From: an uncultured Chloroflexia bacterium
GTDB taxonomy: Bacteria > Chloroflexota > Limnocylindria > Limnocylindrales > CSP1-4
Assembly: GCA_963763775.1 (NCBI GenBank)
Contig: CAVXPZ010000001.1
Coordinates: forward strand, 1,120,001 to 1,184,000
Direction: 5' to 3'
Length of the DNA stretch: 64,000 nt
The position numbers and the translations under genes are program-made. The notes under the pieces are model-generated. The model saw only the letters and a list, made by a program, of their open reading frames with translations, ran no database searches and was not told where the DNA came from. Each line of letters begins with the position of its first letter. Within the stretch, counting starts at the first letter, position 1. This document shows, piece after piece, positions 9,225 to 21,276 of this stretch.

Positions 9225-10358
9225 TCAGGCGCCGCCGAGGACGCGGACTTCGGCGCTCGGCAGGTCCGCCCACCAGCGGCGTAGCGGCGGTACACGTCCG
9301 GCTGCCGGTCGGCGAGGAACGCGATCAGGGCGCGGGCCTCCGTCTCGAGCCCGGCCCACGTGTCGTCGTCGAGGGGATGGAACGCGGTCGCCTCGATGCC
9401 GCCCTCGACCGGACGCCAGACGCCGGCCACGAAGCCGTCGACGAGCAGCGTCGGCAGGACGTCGCCGTTCGAGCGGATGGCCAGTCGCCGATGGTCCGGC
9501 GGGATGATCCGGCTCCGGTCCTTGTAGGCGAGGAGCGTGCTGTCCCACATCGCCATCAGCCTCGGCGGCGCCGGCGTGTCCTCGGACGGGAGGAGGCCAC
9601 CCGGCACGTCGAACAGCTCCTCGCCGTTCGGGCCCTCGTGGCGGACCAGGGTGTCACCAAGGGCGGCGAGCGCCTCCTTGGCGGGCGGCCGGTAGCATCG
9701 GCCCGAACTGGGCGATGTCCTGCATCGACGCGGGCCCGAACCCCTCGAGGTACCGAAGCACGAACGTTCGCATCGAGGTCGTGACATCACCCGGACGCGC
9801 CTGATCCCGGGCGCCGATGTACGACGGCCGCGGCCCGAACGACCATGGCGGGCTCGTCGCCGCGTGCACGAACGGGCCGATCTGGCGGAGCGCCCACCAG
9901 AGGTAGGCCTTCGGCGCACCGAACCGCGCCTCGAGCCAGCGCTCCACGTCGGCGTTGATCCTGGGCACGGCGGCGAAGGCCAGCAGGTCCGGCATGAGCG
10001 CCTCCGTGTCCGCGATCGAGACGCCCTCGTTCGCGAACCGACGGTCGTAGAGCCGAGCCGCCCGCAGCGTCGGCTGCATCGCCTCGTGGAAGCCCGGGTA
10101 GTCGTCGGCGGCGACCGCGTGGAGCGTGACGCGCATGAGCTGTGCCTTGACCACCGCCTGGTCGGCGAAGGCGGCGTCGAGGTCGCCCGGATCGAAGTCG
10201 GCGACCCGATTCCAGAGCGCGAGGTACGGCGAGGCTGGTTCCTGCGCCTGCATCGCGACGATCCGGCGGACCGCCTCCACGACATCGACCGGCTCGCGCC
10301 GCAGCAACAGCTGGCGGGCGAGGGTCGCACGGTTGAGCTGACGGGTGGTGAGCCGCAT
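9225..10358 (-). CDS. AlkZ/HTH_42 winged-helix DNA glycosylase family protein (frameshifted)
   Basis: RQLNRATLARQLLL, AMQAQEPASPYLALWNR, LMRVTLH, RYLEGFGPAS, WDSTLLAY, PTLLVDGFVAGVW. Confidence 0.88.
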
Positions 10359-10529
10359 CCGGGAATCGTAGCGGCGCCGCGATCGTCGGTCGTGACAGGA
10401 AACGTCGAGGCACACGCTATGGTGGAGCGACTGCAAGCGCTGGACGGCTCGCCCCGCCGTCCGACCGAGCGCCCGCAGACCCCCGCGAAGTGCCCATTCC
10501 GGGTGGATCCGAATAGGAGTGAGGGATCG

Positions 10530-13500
10530 ATGATGATCGGTCGAGCGCGCGTGCTTCGGCGACTCCTGGTCTCGGCTGGAGCGGCGGTGCTCGTCGCGCC
10601 GACGCTCCTGGTCCTGCCCGTCGCCTCGACCGTCCCATCCGTGGCCGCAGCGACCACCGTCAGTCCGGTCGGCGGTTCGGATCCCATCGTCTTGACGGCC
10701 TCGGGCCCGAATGGCATCCGCGTCGCTGCCAGCGGCGCGATCGAAACGGCCGTCCAGTTCAACCCCGACACCTTCGACGTCGCCGCGGTCGTGGACGGCA
10801 ACGGCGTCGTCGATGGCACCGCACCCTGCGACTCGGCGGCGGTGGATCCGGAGCCAACGGGACCGTCACGTGCCTCAAGGTCACCGGCAACGAGATCGTC
10901 GTCGGGGCCGAGGGCCACATGAACGGCCCGGGCGGCTCGGCCGTCTCCTTCACCCTCTTCTTCACGGATAACGGCCCCGACGGCGCCACGGACACCTTCG
11001 CGTACGACGGCCCGAACGGCCAGGGCATGGGCGGCCCACCTGACTGCGACGCGACCAGCCCCACGCAGAAGACGCTGTGGTACGGCCAGGTCACGATCCT
11101 CGACCAGCCGTCCGAATCCGGCCAGGTGAGCGGCTCGGGCACGAGCGACCTCGGCTATGGCTACACCCGGACGTTCGCGTTCGACGCGACGCGCAACGCG
11201 GCGGGCGTGGTCACCGGGACCTTCTCGGTCAGCGAGGGCGCCGGCTTCGCGCTGTCCGGGTCGGTCGACTGCCTCGAGATCCACGGGCACCAGGCGATGC
11301 TCATCGGCCACGGGACGCCGTCGATGGGCGGCGGCGGAGGGACTCGCTACGCCACGTTCTTCGTCGAGGACTGGGGCACCTCGGGCATCGGGGACCGCAT
11401 GTCCGCCAACGAGTACGCGGGCATCGAGTCGTTCGGGTGTCTCGCGGCGCAGCAGACCCCCGGCACGCCGCTCCTGTCCGGCGACATCGCCGTGACCGGC
11501 CCCGGAAGCGGTCCGACGACGGCGACGCCGGCGCACCCGGTCATCGCCTCGGTCAGCAGCCCGAACGGCGGCCCCGTCACCGTCACCGAGTCGACCCCCG
11601 GTCCCCCGCCGCCCGGCTACACGCTCGTCGGGAAGCAGCTGCACATCGTCGCCCCTGCGGCGGACACAGCCGCGCCGCTGCATCTCGTGTTCACGGTCGA
11701 TGCGGCCACCCTGGCCTCGGCGACCCCGGCTCTCACGGCATCCACGGTCGTGGTCTTCCGCGATGGCGTCGCGGTCGACGACTGCACCTCGGACACCGGC
11801 GACGACCCCGCATCGCCGGATCCGTGTGTCTCGGATCGGACGACGCTGTCCGGTGGTGGCGACGCCGGTGACGCCCGCATCACCGTCCTCACGAGCCACG
11901 CCAGCGATTGGACGGTCGGGTCGGAGGAGACCGGGATCAGCCCCCTGGCGATCGACACGAGCCCCGCAGCCCCCGCGACCGTCGCGAAGCTCGCGATCTA
12001 CGAGAAGACCTTCCAGCTCAGCCGGACCTACGGCTCGAGCGACGTCAACGATCCCGCCAAGATCGCGGTCATCGGCACGTTCGTCGCGCCGAGCGGCGCG
12101 CACGTCGTCGTGCCGGCCTGGTACGGCAAGGACTACCAGGTCCAGGCGGGCACCGGCGTCGGCTCCTTCGAGGCCTACCTCGAGCGGTCCCCGGACGCCG
12201 TCTGGCACGTCCGGTTCTCACCGGACCAGGTCGGTACCTGGACCTACACGCTGACCGCCCACGATCTCATCTCGGGCCAGGAGGCCACGGTCGACTCCGC
12301 CACGCTCACGTTCGATGCGACCGCGTCCAGCGCGCACGGCCAGGTCGGGCGCGACGGACGCGACGCCCGCTTCCTGCGCTATGCGGACGGCACGCCCTAT
12401 CTCCCGATGGGCGAGAACGTCGGCTTCCAGCAGGGCGAGCCGGCCGGGAATGACGGCGAGCACTACGTCGAGCCGCTCTTCGCCTCGATGCAGGCCGCGG
12501 GTCAGAACTGGACGCGCATCTGGATGACCGACTTCAACCGCAACGCCCTCGAGTGGTCATCGACGCACTGGGCTGGGTGGTACACCGGCGTCGGGCAGTA
12601 CGCCGGACAGTCGGCGTTCCGCATCGAGCGGCAGCTCGACGTCGCGGCGCAGCATGGCCTCCAGGTGCAACTCGTGATCGACGATCACGGCCAGGTCCGG
12701 AGCCAGAGCGACGGCCGCTGGGCCGAGAACCCGTATAGCGATGCCAACGGCGGACCGGTCCCGGCCGCCCACCCCGAGCAGTTCTTCACGAACACCGAGG
12801 CGAAGCGGCTCTTCAAGGAGCGGCTGCGCTATCTCGTGGCTCGGTACGGCGCCTATCGCAACCTGCTGGCCTGGGAGCTGTTCAACGAGGTCCAGTTCGT
12901 CGGTTCGGACAGCGCCAACCCGGGCAACAGCGCCCAGGTCCGTGGCGACATCGTCGCGTGGCACGCCGAGATGGCGGCCTACCTGCGTTCGATCGACCCG
13001 TTCCACCACCTCATCACCACGAGCTCCGACATCGATTCGAGCCTCAAGGACATCTGGGCCGACCCGAACATCGACCTGGTCCAGGTCCACGACTACGACC
13101 CAGCCCTGACGACGCGCGATACGCGGTTCGCCGGGTACGTCGACTCGCTCAACGCCACGTACGGCAAGCCCGTGATCATCGCGGAGTTCGGGATCGCCGG
13201 CGACAAGGAAGTCAACTTCGATCCGGTCGCGTCCGCGCCACTCGACGCGGACGAGGAGCATCTCCTCGAGGCCACGCACCTCCACAACGCCGAGTGGGCC
13301 GCCGCGATGTCCGGCACGGGCGCGATGTCGTGGTGGTGGGGCGCCTACATCGCGGCGTCGCCGTCGTATCACCGGACGTCGCCGGAGTTCCCGGCCAACG
13401 AGCGCATCAACCCGCCGATCCGCGACTTCTTCGCGGGCGAAGACCTCGCGGGGATGAGCCTGCATCGCTCACAGATCACGGCGCCGTCCGGCGTCGTCGC

Positions 13501-16500
13501 CATCGGGATGAACGGGCCGTCGAAGGGCTTCGCCTGGATCCGAGACGCCGACAACGAGTACGGCACCGGTTCGCGGCCGGGCGATCTTGCGGGCCGCACC
13601 ATGCATGGGGTCACCGTCGCGTTCGACCTCGGTGACTCCGCCCTTATGACGTCGAGGTCCATGACCCGTGGGGCATCGTCCCGACGAGCGACCAGGTCGT
13701 CTATCCGTCCGGCGGCACGCTCACCGTGACCCTGCCGGACTTCACTCGCGACGTCGCGATCAAGTTCACGGCCCTCGATTCGGCCACGGCGGCGCATCCG
13801 GTCATCGGGTTCGTCTACAGCCCGGCCGGCGGGCCGGTGACGATCGTCGAGTCGGACCCCGGCACCCCGCCCGTCGGTTCCGGGTACACGTATCTCGGGC
13901 GTCGCCTCACGGTCGCCGCCCCGCCGGCCTCCACGACCTCGCCGATCTACTTCACGTTCAACGTCGATGCCTCCGTCCTGGCCGCCGCCGATCCCGACCT
14001 CACGGCGGACACCGTCACGGTGTTCTACGACGATGTCCCGGTCCGGCGGTGCACGCCCTCGTACTCGGATCCCAACGCCACGCCGGATCCGTGCGTCTCC
14101 ACTCGGTATCCGCTCGGCGCGGGCGAGGACGACGGCGATGTCCTGCTCTCGATCGTCGGGAGCCACGCCGGCACCTGGACGTTCGGGACCGTCCCGCCGC
14201 GGGTGCCCGTGCCCACCACCGTGGTCGGCAACGGGGACAACCTGAACCAGAACAGCCCGCGGACCTTCGAGTTCGTGGCCGTCCTCGACGCCCAGGGCGT
14301 CGCCGACGGGACGATCACGCGGACCGAGAGCGGCGTCACGCTCGCCGGACCCGTGACCTGCCTCTATGTCGACGGGCACGACATCATCGTCGGCGGCCGG
14401 GATGACGCCACGAGCGGCGGACCGACGTGGTTCACGTTGTATCTGACCGACGGTGGCCCGGTGAGCTATCAGGACGACGTCGTGTTCGGCAGCCCGAACC
14501 AGTCGACGCCCGCGGACTGTTCGCCGGCCGGGGACTTCGGCGGCCATCAGCCGTTCGCCGGCCAGGTCACCGTCCTGGACGGGCCGTCGCTGGTCGGTCT
14601 CGTCCATGGCGACGGCACCTATCACATCGGCAACGGCGTCATGCGCACCGTCGCGGTCGATGCCACTCGCCTGGCCGACGGCAGCGTCAGCGGGACGTAC
14701 GCCATCGAGGATCCCTCGACGTCGCGAGCCGGGAGCGTCGACTGCCTCGACATCCGCCCGGATCGCACGACGATCATCGGCCACGGTCCGGACCCGGCGC
14801 ATCCGACTGGTCCCGACATCTACACCTCGATCTTCATCCGGGACGACGCGCCGGACAATGCGGGCGGGGACACGATCTGGCTGAACGCCGATCGAAGCTC
14901 GTTGCCGTTCGATTGTCTCGCGGCGCCGGCGATGACTGAGCAGTCGCTCATGACGGGCGCGATGCAGGTCGAGGCCGGGGTCGCTCCCGACCCGACGATC
15001 GTCCGCGCCGCGGTGCTGTCCGGAGGATCGCTGACCAGCCGGCCGGTCGCCGATGCCGCGCATCCGCTCATCGCCGCTGTCTCGAGCCCGGTGACCGCCC
15101 TGGTCGCCATCCAGGAAGGGTCGGCGACGGGTCCCGCACCGGCAGGCTCCGCCTACCTCGATCCGCAGCTGGACATCACGGCACCATCCGCGAGCGCGGC
15201 TATGCCGCTCACGATCGCCCTGACCGTGGACCAGGACACGCTCACCTCGACGACGCCTGATCTGACCGCGCAGGATCTCGCGGCGTTCCTGGACGGCGTC
15301 CGGATCAAGGCCTGCACGCTCGATGGGTCCGACGATCCCGCGCGACCGGATCCCTGTGTCTCGGCGCGTCAGACCCTGCACGGCGGATCCGACGAAGGCG
15401 ACGCACGACTCGTCATCGAGACCAGCCACAGCGGCCGCTTCAACGTGGGCTCCGGACCGGCGGCTGCCGCTCCTGGCGCGCCACACGGCGTGTCCGCGAC
15501 GCCCGGCAACCACCAGGCGCTGGTGACATGGTCCCCACCGACCGACGACGGCGGCAACATCCTGACCACCTATACCGTGACCGCGAGCCCGGGCGGACGG
15601 ACGGTGACCGTGCCCGCCGCGCAGACCGTTGCCTCCGTTGACGGCCTGCTCAACGGCGGCACCTACACCTTCCGCGTCCGCGCGTCGAACGACATCGGGA
15701 CCGGTCCCGAATTCGGCCGACTCCAATGCGATCAGCCCGATCAGCACGTATCGAGACCTGACGCACATCTCGACCGGGATGCCCGATGGCCAGTACGCGA
15801 TCTTCGCCGGGATGACCCCGGACGGCTCGCACATCTACTACCGCCGATATGACAACCCGAACGACACCCAGGTCCTGTACGAGTGGACGGCGGGTGGCAC
15901 CAAGATCATCTCGACCGGTCCAGGCGGGCCGGCCCACGTCGCCGACTTCGTCGGCGTGTCGACGGACGGCTCCCGCGTGCTCTTCAGGACGACGAGTGCC
16001 CTCGTGCCCGGCGATACCGATGGCGACCGAGGACGTCTACGCCCGGGAAGGGACCACCACGACCCTGGTCTCGACAGGCCCGACTGACGGCAACGTGATG
16101 ACGCCGTCGTACGCCCAATGGTGGTCGAGCGACGCCCGGCAGGTCGTCTTCAGCACCGCCGCCGCGCTCGTTGCGGCCGACACCGACACCCGGACCGACC
16201 TCTACCTGCGCGACGGGACGACCACCACGCTCCTCAGCGTCGGCCCGACCGGCGGCAGCGATGACACGTACCTGGCGAAGCCAGTCTCGGAGCGGTGAAG
16301 ACCGACCCCGGCTGCGGGTGTCCGCGCGTCTACTTCCAGACGTACGAAGCCCTGACGCCTGACGACCAGGACAGCGATTTCGACGTCTACGAGTGGTTCC
16401 AGGGAACGCTCAGGCTCGCCACCCCGGCACGAACGGCGTGTTCGCCTACTTCATCGGGGCCGCGCCGGACGGTTCGCGTGTCCTCTTCGCCACCGACGCG

Positions 16501-19196
16501 GCGCTCGACCCGGCCGATCACAACACCGACTACGACGTCTACGCGATCACGACGGGCGGCCCCTCCTTGGTTTCGACGGGTGCCCCCGGTGACTCGACCT
16601 TCCCCTCCCCGATCTTCGTCTCCGCCGATGCATCGGCCTTCGTCTTCTACAGCACGGCTCGCCTCGTTCCCGAGGATCTCGACGACGAGAACGATCTGTA
16701 CATGTCGAAGGGCGGGTCGTTCCGCCTGGTGGCTGACGGAGCCTACCAACTGTCCTGGTCCCAGTTCGTCGGCAACCGCTTCTATGTCTCGACGAGTCAA
16801 CCGATCGATCCTGCGGACACCGACACCCGGCTCGACGTCTACGACGCGACCGACGCAGCGGCCCGTCTGACGACGCCGTTCGACGGCGGGTACGACATCC
16901 AGTTCTACCAGTACTCCGTGGACGGCCACTACGGCTTCCTCGGCGCGTCGCGGCTGACCCCGGACGACCACGACAACGTCACGGACGTCTACCGGTTCGA
17001 CCTGATCGATCCCGGCGCACCCGTGCTCGTTTCGGCCGGCGCGACCCTCGCCGGCGATTGGGGCACGACATTCGCCGGCGCGTCCGACGACGGGCAGTTC
17101 GTGGCCCTCGGGTCGAACGATCGGTTGACCGCGGACGACACCGAGCCCGCGAACACCGTGAACTCGGCGGACGTCTATCTCAGCCGGATCGTCCCGGTGC
17201 CCAGGAGGCCGTGGCAGCCGGAGGCATCGTTTCGAGCGGGGATGTCGCCGCGCCCTCCCACCCGGTCATCGCGGCCGTGACCAGCCCGAACGGCGGGCAG
17301 GTGACGATCACCGAGAGCGCGCCCGGCAACGCCGCCGCTCGGCTACACCTTCCTCGGGCGCCAGCTGGATATCAGTGCCCCGGCGGCCAGCGCGGCGAAC
17401 CCGCTGACCATCGAACTCACGATCGACGCGGCGACCCTCGCCGCTGCCGAACCCGATCTGACGGCCGCCACCGTCGCGATCCTCCGTGACGGCGTTCCGG
17501 TCGCGGAGTGCACCACCTCGACCCTGGACGCCCCGGCGACGCCGGACCCGTGCGTCAGCGCGCCGCGTCACGCTGTCGCGGTCCCGGCAGCGACGGGGAC
17601 GCGAAGATCACGGTCCTGACCAGCCATGCCAGCGCCTGGAACGTCGGCCCGCCGCCGGCCTTCTCCGTACCCGACGCGCCGACCGGCGTGGCCGCCACGA
17701 AGGGCGACACGAACGCGACCGTCACCTGGACGGCCCCGGCGAACGACGGTCACAGCACGATCACCGGCTACACCGTCACCTCGACGCCCGGCAACAAGAC
17801 CGCCACGGTCGGCGGCGGCGTGACACGTCGCGACCGTGACCGGCCTCACCAACGGCACGTCCTATCGGTTCTCCGTCACGGCCACGAACGCGATCGGGAC
17901 CGGGCCGGCGTCGGCGCTGTCGAACGCCGTCACCCCGGCCGTCCCGGCGAGCCAGACCATCACGTTCGCCAGCCCGGGCGCCCACACGATGCTCCAGACG
18001 CCGTTCACGGCAACGGCGACCGCCAGCTCTGGGCTGCCCGTCACCTTGACGTCCACGACGCCGAGCATCTGCACGACCTCCGGCCTCCAGGTCACCCTCG
18101 TGGCCGCGGGATCGTGCTCGATCACGGCGACGCAGCCCGGCAACCCCGACTACAAGCCGGCCAACCCCGTCACGCGCGCGTTCACGGTCAGCCAGGTCGC
18201 CCAGACGATCACGTTCGCGAAGCCCGCGAACCAGCTCCTGACCACCCCGACGATCACCGTCACGGCCACGTCCAGATGCCGGTCTGCCGGTCACCGTGGC
18301 CTCCACGACCCCGTCGGTCTGCACCGTGAGCGGCTTCGATGTCGCCCTCCTCGCGGTCGGATCGTGCTCGCTGACGGCAACCCAGGGCGGCAACGCGACC
18401 TACAAGGCGGCGACGGCCGTCACGCGGGCGTTCACCGTCGACCAGGCGAGCCAGACGATCACCTTCGCGAAGCCCGCGAACCAGGTCCTGACGACACCGT
18501 CGATCACGGTGCACGGCAACGTCGAGCTCGGGCCTGCCGGTGACCCTGACCTCGACGACGACCGCGATCTGCACGGTGAGCGGCTTCGACATCGCGCTGC
18601 TCACGGCCGGCACGTGCTCCATCACGGCCACGCAGCCCGGCAATGCGAACGTCAAGGCCGCCACGGCTGTCGTTCGTACCGTTCACCGTGAGCCAGGCGA
18701 CCCAGACCATCACCTTCGCGGCGCCGACAAGCCACACGCTGCTCCAGACGCCGTTCACGGTCAGCGCGACGGCCACGTCCGGTCTGACCGTCACGCTGAC
18801 GTCCACGACGACCGGCGTCTGCACCGTCGCGGGTTCCAGGTCAGCCTGCTGGCCGCGGGCAACTGCTCGCTCACCGCGAGCCAGGCCGGGACCACCGTCT
18901 ACAAGGCCGCGAGCCCGGTGAGTCGCACGTTCAGCGTCACCAAGGCTCCGCAGACCATCACGATCCCGAACCCGGGGCCACGGTCGCTGACGGCCCCGAC
19001 GGTCGTGCTGGCGCCGTCATCGACGTCCGGCCTGACGGTCACCCTGACGAGTCAGAGCACGACGATCTGCACCGTCAGCGGCAACACCGTGACGCTCAAG
19101 AAGACCGGCACCTGCAAGATCCACGGCGTCCAGGCCGGCAACGCCGTCTTCGCCGCCGCGACCCCGGTCGACATCCAGTTCATCGTCAATCCGTAA
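10530..19196 (+). CDS. Giant secreted multidomain protein (~2,900 aa): DUF5060 plus GH5-like catalytic module, two repeated Cys-containing beta domains, FN3, propeller-like region and five Ig-like repeats (many frameshifts)
   Basis: Signal-like N-terminus; WHVRFSPDQVGTWTY, RYLVARYGAY..LAWELFNE, QVHDY, GKPVIIAEFG; FN3 motifs; QTITF repeats; coding signal continues across ORF pieces. Confidence 0.75.
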
Positions 19197-19240
19197 GCCC
19201 TCGCTCGCCGGCGGCACGGAGGCCCACGCCGTCGGCTCGA

Positions 19241-19723
19241 CTACTCGGACCGCGGCTCCAGGATCACGAGCGCCGTCTCGCGCGAGCGTTGCGCGGCGCT
19301 CGCGTCGTTGAAGGCCGAGCTGCCGAGGCCGACGAAGGCCGCCCACAGTCGGGCTCGCTCCTCCCCCACCGCGGCGCGGGCGGTCACGGCTCGCGTGCCG
19401 TCGGGCAGCTCGACCGTGGCGAGCGGGTGCGCCTGGAGGTTGAGCCACCACGCGGGCTCGGGGTCGGCCCAGCCGTTCATCGCCGGCGTGACGAGGTTCG
19501 GGCCGTCCTCGATGTAGCCGACGATCGCGACCCGTTCGGTGCCCGAGCGGCGCCCGACCGTGTGGAGTCGGAGCATCCCCCACTGCCGGTCGGTCGCGGG
19601 TCGGAGGCCGACCCGGCCGCCCGAGACCCGATACAGCGCTCGATGGCCGATCCAGATCGTCCGGACGAGCCAACGCGGGACATGGGGCGGCGCCTTCTGG
19701 GCGTCGAGGTCGATCTCGGTCAC
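19241..19723 (-). CDS. Deazaflavin (F420)-dependent nitroreductase family protein
   Basis: HRALYRVSGGR, LHTVGRRSG, MNGWADPEPAWWLNLQAHP, R..ALVILEP. Confidence 0.88.
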   Translation of the reverse strand: MTEIDLDAQKAPPHVPRWLVRTIWIGHRALYRVSGGRVGLRPATDRQWGMLRLHTVGRRSGTERVAIVGYIEDGPNLVTPAMNGWADPEPAWWLNLQAHPLATVELPDGTRAVTARAAVGEERARLWAAFVGLGSSAFNDASAAQRSRETALVILEPRSE

Positions 19724-19752
19724 GGTGGATCCTCCAGGCTGGTCGCTCGTGA

Positions 19753-19767
19753 GTCTACGGTGTAGAC
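19753..19767. promoter_or_regulatory. Putative TetR operator
   Basis: Near-perfect palindrome GTCTACGGTGTAGAC between divergent nitroreductase and tetR. Confidence 0.6.
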
Positions 19768-19813
19768 TACGCCGTAAACATACCCGGCTCGACGTACACT
19801 CGTCAAGGCGTCG

Positions 19814-20531
19814 ATGACAGGAACGCAGGAGGAACCGAAACCGACCGTGGGCACCCGAGCGATCCCGGCCCCCGATGCGCCACGGGCGCCGCTGACTCGG
19901 AGCCGAGTGATGCTGGTCGCCATCGATGTCGCCGACCGGGACGGCGCCGAGGGCTTGAGCATGCGTCGGCTCGGGCAGGAGCTCGGGGTCGATGCCATGG
20001 CGCTCTACCGACACGTCAGGAGCAAGGACGACCTGCTCGACGGGATCGTGGACGTCATCGTCGGCCAGATCGAGCGCGTGGACCCGACAGATGATTGGAA
20101 GGGTTCGCTGCGCGACCAGGTCATGATCGCCCGGCGGCTGATGCTGCGGCATCCGTGGGCGCGGCAGGTCATCGAGGAGCGCGGGACGGCCGGCGTCGCG
20201 ATGATCGGCTACGTCGAGACGGTCCTCACGATCCTGCGCGGCGGCGGCTTCTCGCTCGACCTCGCGCACCACTCGCTCCACGTCCTCGGGAGCCGGATCC
20301 TCGGGTTCAGCCAGGACCTCTTCGAGGATTCACCGAGTGAGCCGCCATCGCCGGAGACGGCGGAGGCCCTCGCGCGAGTCATCGCGACGCACCCGAACGT
20401 GGCGGAGCTCGCCGGGTCGGTCAGCCACGACGGGCGTCCTGGGCGCCTGCGACGACGATGTCGAGTTCGCGTTCGGTCTGGACCTGATCCTCGACGGGCT
20501 CGAGCGACGCCGGGCCGCTGCCGCCGGCTGA
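19814..20531 (+). CDS. TetR family regulator with TetR_C domain (frameshift near 20430)
   Basis: LSMRRLGQELGVDAMALYRHVRSKDDLL; C-terminus CDDDVEFAFGLDLILDGLE in another frame. Confidence 0.9.
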
Positions 20532-20556
20532 CCGGCGGTCCCTCGACGACTGAGCG

Positions 20557-20955
20557 TCAGGGCTCGCGGATCGCGATCCCGTAGCGGCCTTGGGCGCGGT
20601 CGAAGGTGGCGAATGGCACCGCGTTGGCATCGAGCGACGCGGCGACGATCATGGCGTCGGGGATGGGCCGGCCCGGCATCGAGCGGGCCCGAACGAGCAT
20701 CTCGACGACCACGTCGGTCCGGGTGCCGAGCACGCGGACGTTCTCCCGCTGGATGAACGCGATCAGCGTCTCGATGATGTCCGACGACGGCACGTCGTAC
20801 TGCGTCCGGAGGACGTGGGCGCACTCGGCGAGGGCGACGAGCGAGACGCCGACGTCGGTGGCGTCGTCGTCGATGAGCGCCGCCGCGCGTCGCGCCTGGG
20901 CGACGGGCGTCCCGACCAGGTACCGGACGACGACCGAGGTATCGACCCCGATCAC
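20557..20955 (-). CDS. PIN-domain VapC toxin
   Basis: VIGVDTSVVVRYL, LAECAHVL, DAMI, ATFD. Confidence 0.88.
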   Translation of the reverse strand: MIGVDTSVVVRYLVGTPVAQARRAAALIDDDATDVGVSLVALAECAHVLRTQYDVPSSDIIETLIAFIQRENVRVLGTRTDVVVEMLVRARSMPGRPIPDAMIVAASLDANAVPFATFDRAQGRYGIAIREP

Positions 20956-21209
20956 CTCGCGCGGTCCGGGTCCGGCGTGTCCCAGCCGGCCTGGCGGAGG
21001 ACGTCCCACGACTCGTCGGGCGGCTGCCGCCCGACCTTGTCGCGCAGCGCACCGGCGAGCGATCGACGGTGCCGGCCCGGGATGACCTCGATCACGATGC
21101 GGCCATCCTCGACGCGCTGGACCGTCTCATCGCCGGCGTAGATGGCCAGCTCCTCGCGGATCGCCTTCTCGATGGTGATCTGGCCGCGCTCGCCTACTCG
21201 ACTGGACAT
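20952..21209 (-). CDS. AbrB/MazE-type antitoxin
   Basis: SRVGERGQITIEKAIREELAI..GD; overlaps PIN start. Confidence 0.88.
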   Translation of the reverse strand: MSSRVGERGQITIEKAIREELAIYAGDETVQRVEDGRIVIEVIPGRHRRSLAGALRDKVGRQPPDESWDVLRQAGWDTPDPDRAR

Positions 21210-21276
21210 GGTAGGGATGAGGCTATCGATTCATATCCGGTCGGTCAAGTCGTACCGGCGCCGCGGGCCGATCAGC

